From the NCBI GenBank assembly GCA_021817145.1, contig JAKAVV010000007.1, positions 66,957 through 130,956 of the forward strand: a DNA stretch of 64,000 bases. The letters run 5' to 3'. The DNA comes from a bacterium. GTDB taxonomy: Bacteria; Vulcanimicrobiota; JABDET01. This document shows, piece after piece, positions 1-11,307 of the stretch (position 1 is its first letter; each line of letters opens with the position of its first letter). The notes under the pieces are model-generated. The model was not told where the DNA came from. It did no database searches and saw only the letters and a program-made list of their open reading frames with translations. Made by a program: the position numbers and the translations under genes.

Positions 1-702
1 TGCATTGAAGAATTCGTGAACTCTGGGGAATCGCACTTGATTGTCACTTTAGGCGCTGAAATGGTCATGGCAGCACGGAAAAAACATGAGCTGCGGGAAA
101 TGCTGAAAAAAGCTTCTTTAATCGTTCCTGATGGAGGAGGAATTCTCTGGGCAGCAAAAAAATTAGGGGACCCTTTAAAAGAAAAAGTGGCAGGGATTGA
201 ACTAATTGAAAAAATCTCTTCCCAATCAGGGAGGAAAAACTGGAACCTTTTTTTCCTGGGAGGAAAACCAGGGATCTCTGAAAAAGCCGTTCAAAAACTG
301 AGAAATAAATTTCCTGATATGAGAGTTGCAGGATCTTATCATGGATATTTTAACCATAAGGAGATTCCTCCGATTTTAAAAAATGAAAAAATTGACATTC
401 TTTTTGTAGGAATGGGGTTTCCTTATCAAGAAAACTGGATCTTAAATCACTGTCAAGCCTTGCAGATTCCTGTTGGAATAGGGGTTGGAGGTAGTTTTGA
501 TGTGCTGAGCGGAGAATTAAAAAGAGCGCCTAAGTGGATGATTAATTTGAATTTGGAGTGGTTTTACCGCCTTATTCAAGAACCACGTAGATGGAAAAGG
601 ATGCTGGTCATCCCTCAATTCATGATTTTAGTTTATGCTTTATCCATCAAGAAACTCTTCAGTGACAAGACAGAAGAGGAAAAAGAGAATCGAATAACAT
701 GA
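1..702 (+). CDS. WecB/TagA/CpsF-family glycosyltransferase (N-acetylmannosaminyltransferase-like); 5' end probably truncated by the window edge
   Basis: An open frame runs to position 1 upstream of the GTG at 16. The protein is family-like throughout (PDGGGILWAAK, GGSFDV, EWFYRL) but lacks the roughly 40 N-terminal residues typical of TagA/WecG. Confidence 0.7.
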   Translation, partial: CIEEFVNSGESHLIVTLGAEMVMAARKKHELREMLKKASLIVPDGGGILWAAKKLGDPLKEKVAGIELIEKISSQSGRKNWNLFFLGGKPGISEKAVQKLRNKFPDMRVAGSYHGYFNHKEIPPILKNEKIDILFVGMGFPYQENWILNHCQALQIPVGIGVGGSFDVLSGELKRAPKWMINLNLEWFYRLIQEPRRWKRMLVIPQFMILVYALSIKKLFSDKTEEEKENRIT

Positions 703-1670
703 AAGCAATGATCCTGGCAGCTGGTGAAGGCACAAGACTCAAACCTTTAACCGATTACTTTCCAAAACCTCTTGTCCCTATTATGAACAAACCTGTTATG
801 GCGCATGTTTTATCCTGGCTTTTAGAGAATGAAATTCAAGACATTGTGATCAACACCCATTATCTGGCAGACCAAATCGAATCTTACTTTGGAGATGGAT
901 CTCGATTTAACGTTAAGATTCGATATTCCCGAGAAGAGAAACTTCTTGGAACAGCAGGAGGAGTAAAAAAAGTCAGCTCTTTATTTCAGGAAACATTTCT
1001 GGTGATTGGAGCTGATGACTTATCTGATGTTAATCTGAAAAAATTAGTTGAATCCCATAAAAGCGCCAAAGCTGTCGCAAGCATTGGTCTGAAGGAAGTT
1101 GAAAAAACTGAACAGTACGGCATTGTTGCAGCAGACAAAACAGGGAAGATTTTAGAGTTTCAAGAAAAGCCTGAAAGCGATAAAGCGATCAGCCAAATGG
1201 CTAATACAGGCATCTATGTTTTTGAACCAGAAATTTTTAATTTTATCCCCCCAAATGAGCTGTTTGACTTTGGTCGCCAGGTCTTCCCTCTTCTGCTTGA
1301 AAGAAAAGCTGCATTTTACGGTTTCCCTGTAGAAGGATACTGGTGTGACATCGGTTCTCTTGAAGAGTACAAAGAAAGCCACTGGAACATTTTGAAAAGG
1401 GGATGTAAAATTAAGCCTGAAGCTCAAGAAATCTCCCCTGGCTTATGGATTGAAGAGAAAGCGGAAATCCATCCCGAAGCAGTTCTGCGCCCACCCTGCT
1501 ATATTGGAAAAGGAACAGTAATTGAACAAGGAGCTGTTCTTAATGGATTGGTTGCTGCGGGAAGAAATGTGCGGATTAAAAAGAACAGCTGCCTGAATCA
1601 AGCGATTCTGTGGGATGGAGTTGTCGTCCCTGCTGGAACAACCTTACAAAACGATATTGTTACAGGTTGA
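699..1670 (+). CDS. Sugar-1-phosphate nucleotidyltransferase (GlmU/RmlA/ManC-like) with a C-terminal left-handed β-helix
   Basis: N-terminal MKAMILAAGEGTRLKPLT is the NTP-transferase signature. The C-terminus carries hexapeptide-like repeats. The start overlaps the upstream stop as ATGA. Confidence 0.75.
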   Translation: MKAMILAAGEGTRLKPLTDYFPKPLVPIMNKPVMAHVLSWLLENEIQDIVINTHYLADQIESYFGDGSRFNVKIRYSREEKLLGTAGGVKKVSSLFQETFLVIGADDLSDVNLKKLVESHKSAKAVASIGLKEVEKTEQYGIVAADKTGKILEFQEKPESDKAISQMANTGIYVFEPEIFNFIPPNELFDFGRQVFPLLLERKAAFYGFPVEGYWCDIGSLEEYKESHWNILKRGCKIKPEAQEISPGLWIEEKAEIHPEAVLRPPCYIGKGTVIEQGAVLNGLVAAGRNVRIKKNSCLNQAILWDGVVVPAGTTLQNDIVTG

Positions 1671-1702
1671 GTGCACAAACCGCAGTTTGCAAGAGGTTTG
1701 GG

Positions 1703-2713
1703 TTAGATATCTTCTGTTTTTCTCATAATATGGAATCGCTCTTTCTGGTATCCCCATTTTTCCATATAAGCTTCATAACCAGGAGGAAGATTTACAACCA
1801 AATAATCATGGCCGGAGTCATGGCAAATTTTTTCCATTTTTTTAAGAAGAAAATGAATCAGATTGGTTTCCCAAACCGATTGATCAAGAGAAATATCCAG
1901 AACAGTTCCCTGTTTTTCCCCTGTTGTTGCTTCATACTGATTTAAAGCCAGAACAGCATAACAAAATTTATTTTCCATCACAGCTGTGACAATGCCTGCT
2001 CCATGAGCATACAGCAGGTTGTTCAACACCTCCATCCACCATTTTCTCCATTTCAAAATTTCGTTCTGAGAATAATTCATCCAGTCAGGAAATCGGAAGA
2101 GGTAATTTCTCTCTATATAGGAAGAAACCTCTCCAATATTCTCGGTTATCGTATAAGATGGCTCTAAAGGAGCAGAAGAGCTGACTCCTGTATTATTCCT
2201 CTCGTCAGAATCAGGACAAGAGCAAGGCTTATTTGAAAAATTCATCCATTGATGTCCTATGATTTTAAATCCACCAAATCGAAGAGCGGTTTTTAAACTT
2301 CTTATATTCGTATTCGTAATCACTGCGCCCATCCACTGATACTCCTGCCGCGCATTCTTACAGGCTTCTTTTATAAGAGCAAGCCAGTAAAATTTTCCTC
2401 GATATTTCTCGCCAACTCCGATGTCTAAGAGATATGCCTGAGGCAGCAGAAGGATTGGATTACGATCTCTTAACTCCACGATGCAGTAACCTGCAGGCTC
2501 TTTTTTCTCCGCATCCCATAAAGATAAACAAAAAAAAGAAGAATCGAACTGCAAAATCCTTTCCAACTGATCAAGAGCAGTATGAATATTAGCATGGAAC
2601 GCCGCATCAGAAATTGAACGGGATGCGGGCCTGGAGAAACTCTGAAATTCAGCGATCATTTGCTTCAAAGAAACAAAATCGTTTCTCTTTGTTTTTCTAA
2701 TTTCGAGTTTCAT
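1703..2713 (-). CDS. Hypothetical protein, possibly GNAT-fold acetyltransferase-like
   Basis: The ORF is 336 aa. Its N-terminal half has a GNAT-like core (IGVGEKYRGK ... ALRFGGFKI). The call is weak. Confidence 0.35.
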   Translation of the reverse strand: MKLEIRKTKRNDFVSLKQMIAEFQSFSRPASRSISDAAFHANIHTALDQLERILQFDSSFFCLSLWDAEKKEPAGYCIVELRDRNPILLLPQAYLLDIGVGEKYRGKFYWLALIKEACKNARQEYQWMGAVITNTNIRSLKTALRFGGFKIIGHQWMNFSNKPCSCPDSDERNNTGVSSSAPLEPSYTITENIGEVSSYIERNYLFRFPDWMNYSQNEILKWRKWWMEVLNNLLYAHGAGIVTAVMENKFCYAVLALNQYEATTGEKQGTVLDISLDQSVWETNLIHFLLKKMEKICHDSGHDYLVVNLPPGYEAYMEKWGYQKERFHIMRKTEDI

Positions 2714-2738
2714 TCAACTTTCAAGCCTTATGTTTCAT

Positions 2739-4076
2739 TCAACCTTCATTCAGTTGAGAAGTAGAAAATTGATCCCCATGTTTCGCAGATTCGTCTTTAT
2801 TGGCTGATTCATATTCCTGAACAACTTTCTTCGCTAACACAGTCGCATCCTGCACTTTTTCAGCCCCTTGAAATAAAACCTCCATTCCTGAAGAACATTC
2901 CTGAATATTTTTAGAAGTGGACCAATCTCGCAACAGAGAAACTCCTTTTTTCATCTCTTCCAGTCCATTGGTGTAGGAATCCATGACAGCAAGGAAAATC
3001 ATCTTTCCCTCTTCAGCCCGAATTGGATCATAATCCAAAAAATTAGCGGGCAGTTTAGGAACAGATTGAATTTGTTTTGACACTAACCCAATCTTCTTGT
3101 CAAGCCAGTTTAAAACATCTAAAAACTCGCCGCTGCTAATGATCCCATCATAATAATCCTCCACTGCATTCACCAATTTTTCAAAAATTTCCCTAAAAAG
3201 ATTAATCTTTACAACCCCTTCAGATAAATCCAATTGAGGGAATACAATTCCCAGTTCAGGAAAGACCAATGAGCAGGAATGGCAAACCGATGATGCTTGA
3301 TGATTTTTGGCGCCGCATCGAGGACAAACTTTTTCTTGACTCCCAAACTTTTGAAATTCCGAAAGGGATTTCTCAAGAAATTCGTGATACAAATTCCAGT
3401 AATCGTGCAAAATCTTAAGCGCTGCCTGCAGCTCTTGGAACTTCTTTTGTTCAAAAAAGATGGGAAGCTGCTGGATCGCCTGTCTTGTATTGGGAAGCGA
3501 TTGATTTAACTTCTCTAATAGAGAATGCGCTTCTGGCCAAAGATTTTCTGCCTTATTAAACCTGCGAATCACTCGCTCCATTTCTGCGCAGTGATTTCCA
3601 TGGAACTGAATCATGCTTAAAGCAACTGATTCATCGCATTTCTGATTTTGGAAAGCTTGAAGAGCATTATACATGAGATTGAAAGTTTGATCTCTTGAAG
3701 GCTTAAGCGCGCTTTTTCTAAGCCCAAACTGCAGAATCCCTGCTTTCATTTCCTGAAAAGAGTCGCCAATCTTCTGAACTCCCTTATCCAGAGCTGCTTC
3801 ATCATAAGTTTTTAGATATTCTCGAATCAAGACGATTCCAGCATCAAATTGCGCGTAAGCAGATTCAAGGTGATTCACTTCTATTTTGAGTTCAGGACCG
3901 GACTCTTGTTTTGTTTCCTGAGCCGCTTTTTGAACCACAGTTTCTAGAGTTGTTAAATATGTTTCCAACGCGCTTTTAGAAGCTGTTTTGTTTTTTACCG
4001 CATCTGCAATTAAAAGTAAAGAATCAAAGAAAGGCATGGTTTCTTTTTTTTCAGCAGCCATGCCTTTCTTCTCCAA
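2739..4076 (-). CDS. Hypothetical helical protein with an internal zinc-ribbon (CPRCG...CHSC)
   Basis: The ORF is 445 aa with a CxxC...CxxC zinc-ribbon motif. No other recognisable domain was seen. Confidence 0.4.
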   Translation of the reverse strand: MEKKGMAAEKKETMPFFDSLLLIADAVKNKTASKSALETYLTTLETVVQKAAQETKQESGPELKIEVNHLESAYAQFDAGIVLIREYLKTYDEAALDKGVQKIGDSFQEMKAGILQFGLRKSALKPSRDQTFNLMYNALQAFQNQKCDESVALSMIQFHGNHCAEMERVIRRFNKAENLWPEAHSLLEKLNQSLPNTRQAIQQLPIFFEQKKFQELQAALKILHDYWNLYHEFLEKSLSEFQKFGSQEKVCPRCGAKNHQASSVCHSCSLVFPELGIVFPQLDLSEGVVKINLFREIFEKLVNAVEDYYDGIISSGEFLDVLNWLDKKIGLVSKQIQSVPKLPANFLDYDPIRAEEGKMIFLAVMDSYTNGLEEMKKGVSLLRDWSTSKNIQECSSGMEVLFQGAEKVQDATVLAKKVVQEYESANKDESAKHGDQFSTSQLNEG

Positions 4077-4107
4077 TCCTTACCAGTCCAATCAATTTTT
4101 TAAGAAA

Positions 4108-4950
4108 TCATACTTGGACAGCTTGATTTCCATTCAGAGTTTCAAGTCCTTGATCCCACTGTTGATAAGCTTGTTGAATCGTTGGTGGAAGTCCTTCTCC
4201 TTGACCGCACTGACAGCAGCACCCTGGCGGCATACTGATAGGCGGGAAGTATTGGTACGGAGAACCACCAATTGGAGGATAAGAATAAGGAGACCCGCCA
4301 AATCCATAAGGATTTATCCCTGCTCCTGGATAAAAGGGGTATCCCCCAAGCCCGGCGCCAGCTCCAAGACCAAGTCCTGTGCCAAGGGCTCCTGCTCCAG
4401 ATCCATAATAACCATTTCCACCAAGGTATTGTCCTAATTGGGGCTCCTGCCCACCATACTGCTGATAATACTGCTGTGGAACCTGCTGCTGCTGCGCCTG
4501 CTCACCAGCAGATGCGCCGAGAGTTCCTCCTAAAAGTCCACCTAAAATTGTGCCAACTCCAGGAAAAAGGAGGGTTCCTAAAGCAGCTCCGCCAAGTCCT
4601 CCAACCAATCCACCGCTGAGCGGATCGCTGAACAGATCTTTTACACCATTAACTGCTCCACCAAGAACATCACCTGCTCCATGGATGACTCCTCCGAAAG
4701 CATCTCCTACTCCTTTGAGCACCCCTTTGAAGGGAGAAACAATCGCTCCACCAATATCACCCAGAGCTTTTCCAGGATGACCTGACAACAAATCAATAGG
4801 AGCTTTTATTACATCTTCAGCTGAATGAATAACCCCACCGGCCACATCTCCAACAGCATGAACAGCCCCTCCAACAACACTTTCTGCTCCATGAACAACC
4901 CCTCCAATAGCGCTTCCTACAGCCTTAACAATGCCACCCATAACCAACAC
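4108..4950 (-). CDS. Glycine-rich, histidine-containing repeat protein with a Q/Y/G/P-rich prion-like C-terminus
   Basis: Roughly 10-residue repeats of the form G-G-V/A-V/I-H-x-A-x-D/S-V occupy the N-terminal part. The C-terminal region has a Q/Y/G/P-rich composition and a CCCQCGQGEG cluster. There is no signal peptide. Confidence 0.45.
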   Translation of the reverse strand: MLVMGGIVKAVGSAIGGVVHGAESVVGGAVHAVGDVAGGVIHSAEDVIKAPIDLLSGHPGKALGDIGGAIVSPFKGVLKGVGDAFGGVIHGAGDVLGGAVNGVKDLFSDPLSGGLVGGLGGAALGTLLFPGVGTILGGLLGGTLGASAGEQAQQQQVPQQYYQQYGGQEPQLGQYLGGNGYYGSGAGALGTGLGLGAGAGLGGYPFYPGAGINPYGFGGSPYSYPPIGGSPYQYFPPISMPPGCCCQCGQGEGLPPTIQQAYQQWDQGLETLNGNQAVQV

Positions 4951-5059
4951 CTCCAGAAATTTTATTATTATATATATCTCTTAAAAGGGAAAAATGTCTA
5001 GTGCGGAAAATGAAAGTTTACAATTATTTTACGAAAAATTTACAAAATTTTAACAATTA

Positions 5060-7534
5060 TTATTCTTCTTCATCATCTTCTTCAAGATGAGCCAGTGCAG
5101 TCACTTCATCCCCTTCATCCAGGCGGATGATCCGAACCCCCTGGGTATCCCTTCCAATTCTTGAAATTCCATTGACTAAGATTCGAATCAATTGTCCATT
5201 TTTAGTAATGACCATGACTTCATCATCTTCATTGACTGCTTCTACTCCAACAACATATCCTGTTTTATCATTGACTTTAATGTTTTTAACTCCTACCCCT
5301 CCACGTCCCTGAACTCGATATAAGTCTAAATCAGATCTTTTCCCATATCCATTTGACGTCACAACCAAAACCTCTTTTTTCCCTCTTAAACTATCCATGG
5401 CAACGACCCCATCATCGCTTCTTAAGCGAGCGCCTCGAACCCCCTGGGTTCTTCTTCCTGTTGGACGAACCATTTTTTCGTCAAAGCGAATAGCAAGTCC
5501 GTTTTTCGTTCCAAGCAGAACCTCTTCTTCTCCATCTGTTAACTGAACTCCAATTAAGCAGTCCTCTTCTTCCAGCTTAATCCCCATTAAGCCTGTTCTA
5601 AAGATATTAGTGTATTCTGAAATCGAGGTTTTTTTCACCTGTCCTTTTTTTGTCGCCATAAAAAGATAATGTTCTGTGTCAAAAGATTTTACAGGGAACA
5701 CAGAAGCAATCTTTTCCTCTTTTGGAATTTCAAGCAAATTGACAATAGCCGTTCCTTTTGCCTGTCTGCCTGCCTCTGGGAGCTCATGCACTTTCAACCT
5801 GAAAACCCTGCCTGTACCTGTAAAAATCATTAAATAATCATGGGTGTCAGCGACAAACATGTGCTCAATAAAATCCTCTGTTTTCAAACCCATGCCTTGA
5901 ACCCCTTTTCCCCCTCTTCTCTGACTCCGATAAGTGTCCAGCGGAATTCGTTTAATATATCCTGAATGAGAGACAGTAACAACCATGTCTTCATGAGGCA
6001 GCAGATCTTCTACCTGGAAATCAACAGGGGTTTCGTCAATAATTTGGGTTTTCCGCGAATCTCCAAATTTCTCTTTTAACTCTAAAATCTCTTTCTTTAT
6101 CACTCCTAAAATTTCCACTGAACTGCCTAAAATTTTCTCTAAATTCTTAATGGTTAGGAGCAGTTCTTGATGTTCTTCTTGAATTTTCTTCCTTTCTAAG
6201 CCCGTTAATCTCTGGAGTCTCATATCTAAAATTCCATTTGCCTGAGCTTCTGAAAGCTTAAACCGAGAAATCAATTTCTCTCGAGCCTCTTGCGGATCAT
6301 TAGAATTCCGAATTAAAGCAATCACTTCATCCAAATGATCCAGAGCGATCAAAAGACCTTCTAATAAATGAGCTCTTTCTTTTGCTTTCTTTAATTCAAA
6401 TCGGGTTCTCCGGTAAACGACTTGATAGCGGTGTTTCAGGTACTCGGAAATAATTTCTTTTAAAGTCAAAATTCGAGGAATGCCATCCACAAGGGCAAGC
6501 ATAATGACACCAAAATTAGCCTGCAAATCCGTATGTTTAAAGAGTTGATTTAAGACAATTTGCGGAATAGCATCTGTTCTTAGTTCAATAACAACTCTCA
6601 TCCCATGACGATCTGATTCATCTCGAATATCACTAATCCCATTAATCTTTTTGTCTCTGACCAGGTCAGCAATGGCTTCAATCAATCGGGCTTTATTGAC
6701 CTGATAAGGAATTTCAGTAACAATAATTGATTCATGCCTTCCTTTTTTCTGCTCAAATTGAGTTTTAGCCCTCATGGTTATTGAGCCTCTGCCTGTCAGG
6801 AGAGCCTGGCGAATCCCTTCTCTTCCCATGATCAATCCTGCTGTAGGAAAATCAGGACCAGGAATATATTTTAAAAGTTCTTCACCTTCAAGTTCAATCT
6901 GAAAATGAACCTCTAATCCTGAACCTGTAATCTTTGTTTTGTCAATGGCTGCGCAGATCCCATCTACCACTTCTGAAAGGTTGTGAGGAGGCATATTGGT
7001 TGCCATTCCAACAGCAATCCCAGAGGAACCATTAATTAGCAGATTAGGAAGTTTAGCGGGAAGAATAACAGGTTCTTCATGATTATTATCAAAATTAGGT
7101 CTGAAATCAACGGTTTCTTTATCCAAATCTTCCAACAAAGTCATGGCAATTTTAGAAAGTCTTGCCTCTGTGTAACGATAAGCTGCAGGAGGATCTCCAT
7201 CCACAGAACCGAAATTTCCATGCCCTTCAACCAGAGGGTATCTCATAGAGAAATCCTGAGCCATCCTTACCAGAGCATCATAAACAGCCACATCTCCATG
7301 GGGGTGGTATTTCCCGATCACATCCCCTACCACAGTCGCGCATTTTTTAAAGGGTTTATCAGGGGTTAATCCCAGGTTATCCATTGAGTAGAGAATGCGG
7401 CGGTGAACCGGTTTCAATCCATCTCTGACATCAGGCAGAGCCCTGGAAACGATGACACTCATAGCGTAATCCAGGTAAGAAACTTTCATTTCATCTGAAA
7501 TGCGAATAGGAAGAACAGTTTGAGCAATATTCAC
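5060..7534 (-). CDS. gyrA: DNA gyrase subunit A
   Basis: The N-terminus carries the canonical GyrA motifs [19 protein letters not shown] and the active-site region AAMRYTE-like YRYTEARL. The C-terminal β-pinwheel repeats are present. The ORF is 824 aa. Confidence 0.95.
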   Translation of the reverse strand: MNIAQTVLPIRISDEMKVSYLDYAMSVIVSRALPDVRDGLKPVHRRILYSMDNLGLTPDKPFKKCATVVGDVIGKYHPHGDVAVYDALVRMAQDFSMRYPLVEGHGNFGSVDGDPPAAYRYTEARLSKIAMTLLEDLDKETVDFRPNFDNNHEEPVILPAKLPNLLINGSSGIAVGMATNMPPHNLSEVVDGICAAIDKTKITGSGLEVHFQIELEGEELLKYIPGPDFPTAGLIMGREGIRQALLTGRGSITMRAKTQFEQKKGRHESIIVTEIPYQVNKARLIEAIADLVRDKKINGISDIRDESDRHGMRVVIELRTDAIPQIVLNQLFKHTDLQANFGVIMLALVDGIPRILTLKEIISEYLKHRYQVVYRRTRFELKKAKERAHLLEGLLIALDHLDEVIALIRNSNDPQEAREKLISRFKLSEAQANGILDMRLQRLTGLERKKIQEEHQELLLTIKNLEKILGSSVEILGVIKKEILELKEKFGDSRKTQIIDETPVDFQVEDLLPHEDMVVTVSHSGYIKRIPLDTYRSQRRGGKGVQGMGLKTEDFIEHMFVADTHDYLMIFTGTGRVFRLKVHELPEAGRQAKGTAIVNLLEIPKEEKIASVFPVKSFDTEHYLFMATKKGQVKKTSISEYTNIFRTGLMGIKLEEEDCLIGVQLTDGEEEVLLGTKNGLAIRFDEKMVRPTGRRTQGVRGARLRSDDGVVAMDSLRGKKEVLVVTSNGYGKRSDLDLYRVQGRGGVGVKNIKVNDKTGYVVGVEAVNEDDEVMVITKNGQLIRILVNGISRIGRDTQGVRIIRLDEGDEVTALAHLEEDDEEE

Positions 7535-7549
7535 TGAGAAAACACCTCG

Positions 7550-8830
7550 TTAAATTTTTACGACTTCTTTTTTCCCGTAATGGGAATTCACATAATCATT
7601 TAAAATCTTTATAAACTCTTGAACAATTGTATTTCCTTTTAATGTGGTATATAATTTGCCATCCATAAAAACAGGAGCTTTCGGCTCTTCCCCTGTTCCT
7701 GGAAGAGAAATACCGATATGGGCATGCTTGGATTCACCCGGTCCATTCACAACACATCCCATAACCGCTACTTTCATCTCTTCAATTCCATGATATTCGT
7801 TTTTCCAGATTGGCATTTGAGTTTTAAGATATTCCTGAATCTCATGAGCCATCTCCTGGAAAAAAGTGCTGGTCGTTCTGCCGCAGCCAGGACAAGCGCT
7901 GACTTGAGGATTAAAGGAACGAATTTCAAGGGATTGCAAAATTTGCTGTCCTACTCTGACTTCTTCTGCTCGATCCCCACCAGGAGCAGGGGTTAAACTG
8001 ATCCGAATCGTATCCCCTATTCCTTCTTGAAGCAGTACAGCAAGGGCTGCTGCACTGGCAACAATCCCTTTTGCTCCCATTCCTGCTTCTGTTAATCCTA
8101 AATGCAGAGGGTAATCTCCTCTTCGGGAAAGTTCTCTGTACACATCAATCAAATTTTGAACTCCAGACAACTTTGCGCTTAAAGTAATCCGATTGTGAGA
8201 AAGCCCATGAGTTTCAGCTAACTCTGCTGATCTTAAAGCAGAGTCAACCATGGCTTCAAGAGTCACCTCTCTTGCGTCTTTAGGTTTTGCTTTACGAGCA
8301 TTTTCATCCATTAAATGAGTCAGCAGTTCTTGATCTAAAGAACCCCAGTTTACTCCAATTCTCACGGCTTTATCATAATGAACCGCCAGCTCAATGATCT
8401 TCAAAAAATTCTCATCTCTTCTTTTTCCTGTGCCGACGTTTCCCGGATTGATTCTATATTTATCCAGAAGTCTGGCGGTCTCAGGATATTCGCTCAGCAG
8501 AATATGTCCATTATAATGAAAATCTCCAATAATAGGGAGAAAATATCCCTTATCTCGAGCTCGTTTAATCATTTCAGGGACAGCCTGAGCAGCCTCTTTT
8601 GTATTCACTGTAACTCGGACCAACTCAGAGCCAGCTTTTGCCAGGTCCATAACTTGATTGGCTGTAGCAATTGGATCAGCGGTATCCGTATTAGTCATAG
8701 ACTGAACTCGAATCGGGTTCTCCCCACCAATTCCTACTCCGCCAACTTTGACTTCAACTGTTTTCTTTCGGTTAATAAAAGCCATTTTATATGATTTATT
8801 CGCTATTTTTTTATTTCCCCCCTTTTCCAC
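7550..8830 (-). CDS. ispG: 4-hydroxy-3-methylbut-2-enyl diphosphate synthase (GcpE/IspG), long form with an insertion domain
   Basis: GcpE motifs are present: [20 protein letters not shown] and a C-terminal CPGCGRT [4Fe-4S] motif. At 426 aa it is the insertion-containing form. Confidence 0.9.
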   Translation of the reverse strand: MEKGGNKKIANKSYKMAFINRKKTVEVKVGGVGIGGENPIRVQSMTNTDTADPIATANQVMDLAKAGSELVRVTVNTKEAAQAVPEMIKRARDKGYFLPIIGDFHYNGHILLSEYPETARLLDKYRINPGNVGTGKRRDENFLKIIELAVHYDKAVRIGVNWGSLDQELLTHLMDENARKAKPKDAREVTLEAMVDSALRSAELAETHGLSHNRITLSAKLSGVQNLIDVYRELSRRGDYPLHLGLTEAGMGAKGIVASAAALAVLLQEGIGDTIRISLTPAPGGDRAEEVRVGQQILQSLEIRSFNPQVSACPGCGRTTSTFFQEMAHEIQEYLKTQMPIWKNEYHGIEEMKVAVMGCVVNGPGESKHAHIGISLPGTGEEPKAPVFMDGKLYTTLKGNTIVQEFIKILNDYVNSHYGKKEVVKI

Positions 8831-8901
8831 TAGACATTTTTTACCCTACAGAGTATAATAAGGCAGGAAACCACATCACATTTTTCCGGAGGTGAAGGAG
8901 C

Positions 8902-9363
8902 ATGGATGTTTCAGGAATTAACTCTATAGGAAGTTTCCCAGGTTCATCGGGAAGCTCTGGAAACCCTTATGGGGTATCAACCCAGGTATGGAATACAATG
9001 GTTAAGACATACCCCAATTTAACTCAAACTCTGCTGAGCATGCCTGAATCAGCAGTCAATCTTTATAAAAACATGAGCCTGAAAGACAAAGAGCTTTTCG
9101 CTAAAAAAATCCACGGTAAAACTCAATATATGTTTTGGACAATTGATAACAGGAAAGCTTTTATTCAAGGCACCTTTATGGGACAAAATATTTTTCCTCA
9201 TCTCGAAAACAAGATTGAGCAAGAGCAGCGGGATGGAAAAATTCCTAAGCAGGAAGCCTCTGAACTCCTGAAAGCAGTTTCAGTTTCACAAACCCTGACT
9301 CCAACCCAAAGAGAAGCGATTGTAACCCTGGATGAAACAGAGACTGGAATCCCACCCTCTTAA
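8902..9363 (+). CDS. Hypothetical protein
   Basis: The ORF is 153 aa and has a GGAGG-type RBS upstream. No recognisable motif was seen. Confidence 0.4.
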   Translation: MDVSGINSIGSFPGSSGSSGNPYGVSTQVWNTMVKTYPNLTQTLLSMPESAVNLYKNMSLKDKELFAKKIHGKTQYMFWTIDNRKAFIQGTFMGQNIFPHLENKIEQEQRDGKIPKQEASELLKAVSVSQTLTPTQREAIVTLDETETGIPPS

Positions 9364-9409
9364 CTTCTTCCCTATTTAAAAAAACAATGATCTATGATAT
9401 AATAAAGAG

Positions 9410-10372
9410 GTGAACTTTCATCTCCCAAAAGGGAAATCAATTGGAAAAGAGGTAACAAGGAGCTTAAAAATCCTTTTTGCGACTGCAGCAGTGTTTTTCC
9501 TCCTGTCATCAAGAAAATCCGCTGAAGGAATCCCTGCTGCGATACCCCTCTATCCTTTTAAGAAGATCGTTCTGCCTTTTTCAATTACCAATAAAAAGAA
9601 TATTGTTGTGCAAGGAGAGATCCGCGGGATTCCTGTCCATTTAATTATAGACACAGGAATGGATGCCCCTTTAATTCTCAGCAGATCCTTTTGTTCTGAA
9701 GTCGGGCTTCCACTCAAAAAAGATGCCAATCCTGACCAAAACTACAGCGCTGTCCTTCATCTTTTTGGCAGGAAACAAGAGGAAACAGGCCATGTTTTAA
9801 AAAGTTTTTCTCTCAGATTAAACAGGGAAAATTTTCGAATGAGGAAAAGTCTCGAAGTTTCTGATTTTTCTTATTTTACCCATCATCCTGACAAATATCA
9901 GGGGATTATAGGATGGGGATTTTTCCACGATTTTTTTGTCAAATTTGACTTCCCGAACCGAGAAATCATCCTCGAACACGCAGATTCTACCCCTCCTTCC
10001 TTTCAAAACGGAATACACATTTCTGATGGATTTATCCCAATTATTTCAGTCCGTATCCTTAATAAATCTATTCCATTCCTTCTGGATACAGGCTCACCTC
10101 AATCCTGGATCTCCTATAAATCCCTCAATAAACTGGTTAAAATTCCGATCTTTGCCTCTGTTCCTGGAAATTTAAAAGGAACCATAAAAGTGGACTCTTT
10201 ACAAGTGGGCAGGATCCATGTCCATGGTCTCTCCATCAATGTTATTGGGGGATTTTTCGCTCAAAGCCAGAATAAGAACTTTCAGGGGATCCTTGGACTA
10301 AATGCTTTAAAAACGACAGCAGTCATGTTAGACCCAACTCATAAAATAGCATTAATTAAAGAAAAATATTAA
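9410..10372 (+). CDS. Secreted aspartic protease, clan AA (two D-T-G lobes)
   Basis: Two D(T/S)G catalytic motifs are present (IDTGMDAPLIL and LDTGSPQSWIS). The N-terminus is hydrophobic. Confidence 0.55.
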   Translation: MNFHLPKGKSIGKEVTRSLKILFATAAVFFLLSSRKSAEGIPAAIPLYPFKKIVLPFSITNKKNIVVQGEIRGIPVHLIIDTGMDAPLILSRSFCSEVGLPLKKDANPDQNYSAVLHLFGRKQEETGHVLKSFSLRLNRENFRMRKSLEVSDFSYFTHHPDKYQGIIGWGFFHDFFVKFDFPNREIILEHADSTPPSFQNGIHISDGFIPIISVRILNKSIPFLLDTGSPQSWISYKSLNKLVKIPIFASVPGNLKGTIKVDSLQVGRIHVHGLSINVIGGFFAQSQNKNFQGILGLNALKTTAVMLDPTHKIALIKEKY

Positions 10373-10392
10373 GAGAAAAGAGGGGGAAAACC

Positions 10393-11289
10393 GTGCAAAA
10401 AATATTCACCCAGCGGCAAGTGAAAAAAATTTGGAAAAGTCTGCCAACAATTGAAGGAGCAGGGGTTCATCTCAACCGAGTGTTTGGGTTCCATCAAGTT
10501 CCCAAACTTGACCCTTTTCTGCTCTTAGATGATTTTCGTTCAGAAAATCCTGAAGAGTATAAAGCAGGTTTTCCCTGGCATCCACACCGCGGGATTGAGA
10601 CTATCACATACGTTTTAGATGGAGATGTGGAACATAAAGACAGCATTGGAAATTCAGGAGTTATTTCTGCAGGAGATATTCAATGGATGACTGCTGGCAG
10701 CGGAATCATTCATCAAGAAATGCCTCAGGGAAATCGCAGAGGAGAAATGTTTGGGTTTCAGCTCTGGGCAAATCTCCCCGCGAAATCAAAAATGATTCAT
10801 CCACGCTACCGCGATATTAAACAAAAAGATATCCCCCTTGTAAAAACTCAAGATGGAGCTGAAATACGAGTCATAGCAGGGGAGATTGAAGGGATAAAAG
10901 GACCAATTACAGAGGTTGTCATTAATCCTGAATATTTAGATGTAACCATTCCTCCAGGAAAACGATTTACTCATCCTGTCCAGGAAGGACATACTGTTTT
11001 CTCATACGTTATCGAAGGGGAAGGGGATTTCAACCCTGAGACAGACAAGACTCCTGTCAATTCTGAAAGATCTTTATGCGGAAACGGAACCCTTGTTTTA
11101 TATGGAGAGGGGGATGGTGTGACAATTGCTGCAAGCAGCCGCTCTGTTCGATTCCTGCTTATTTCTGGGAAGCCGATTCATGAACCGGTTGCCTGGTACG
11201 GGCCCATTGTCATGAATACTCAGGAAGAGCTGCGAAGAGCGTTTCAAGAGTATCATGATGGAAGTTTTACTGCGCGCCCATCGGAATAA
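10393..11289 (+). CDS. Pirin-family protein (cupin)
   Basis: The metal-binding pirin motif HPHRGIETITYVLDG is present. A 298-aa size is typical for pirin. Confidence 0.85.
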   Translation: MQKIFTQRQVKKIWKSLPTIEGAGVHLNRVFGFHQVPKLDPFLLLDDFRSENPEEYKAGFPWHPHRGIETITYVLDGDVEHKDSIGNSGVISAGDIQWMTAGSGIIHQEMPQGNRRGEMFGFQLWANLPAKSKMIHPRYRDIKQKDIPLVKTQDGAEIRVIAGEIEGIKGPITEVVINPEYLDVTIPPGKRFTHPVQEGHTVFSYVIEGEGDFNPETDKTPVNSERSLCGNGTLVLYGEGDGVTIAASSRSVRFLLISGKPIHEPVAWYGPIVMNTQEELRRAFQEYHDGSFTARPSE

Positions 11290-11307
11290 AGCAGCCGAAG
11301 CTTCCTT

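Noticed and set aside
3988-4780. Plus-strand ORFs 3988..4437, 4272..4619 and 4550..4780 were considered as genes.
   Set aside because: They overlap the glycine-rich minus-strand gene and are the Pro/Ala/Ser-rich readings typical of the antisense and shifted frames of Gly (GGN) codon runs. They have no start context.
5127-7369. Antisense ORFs inside gyrA (5127..5312 and 7079..7369) were considered as genes.
   Set aside because: They are fully contained in a highly conserved essential gene and have no independent support.
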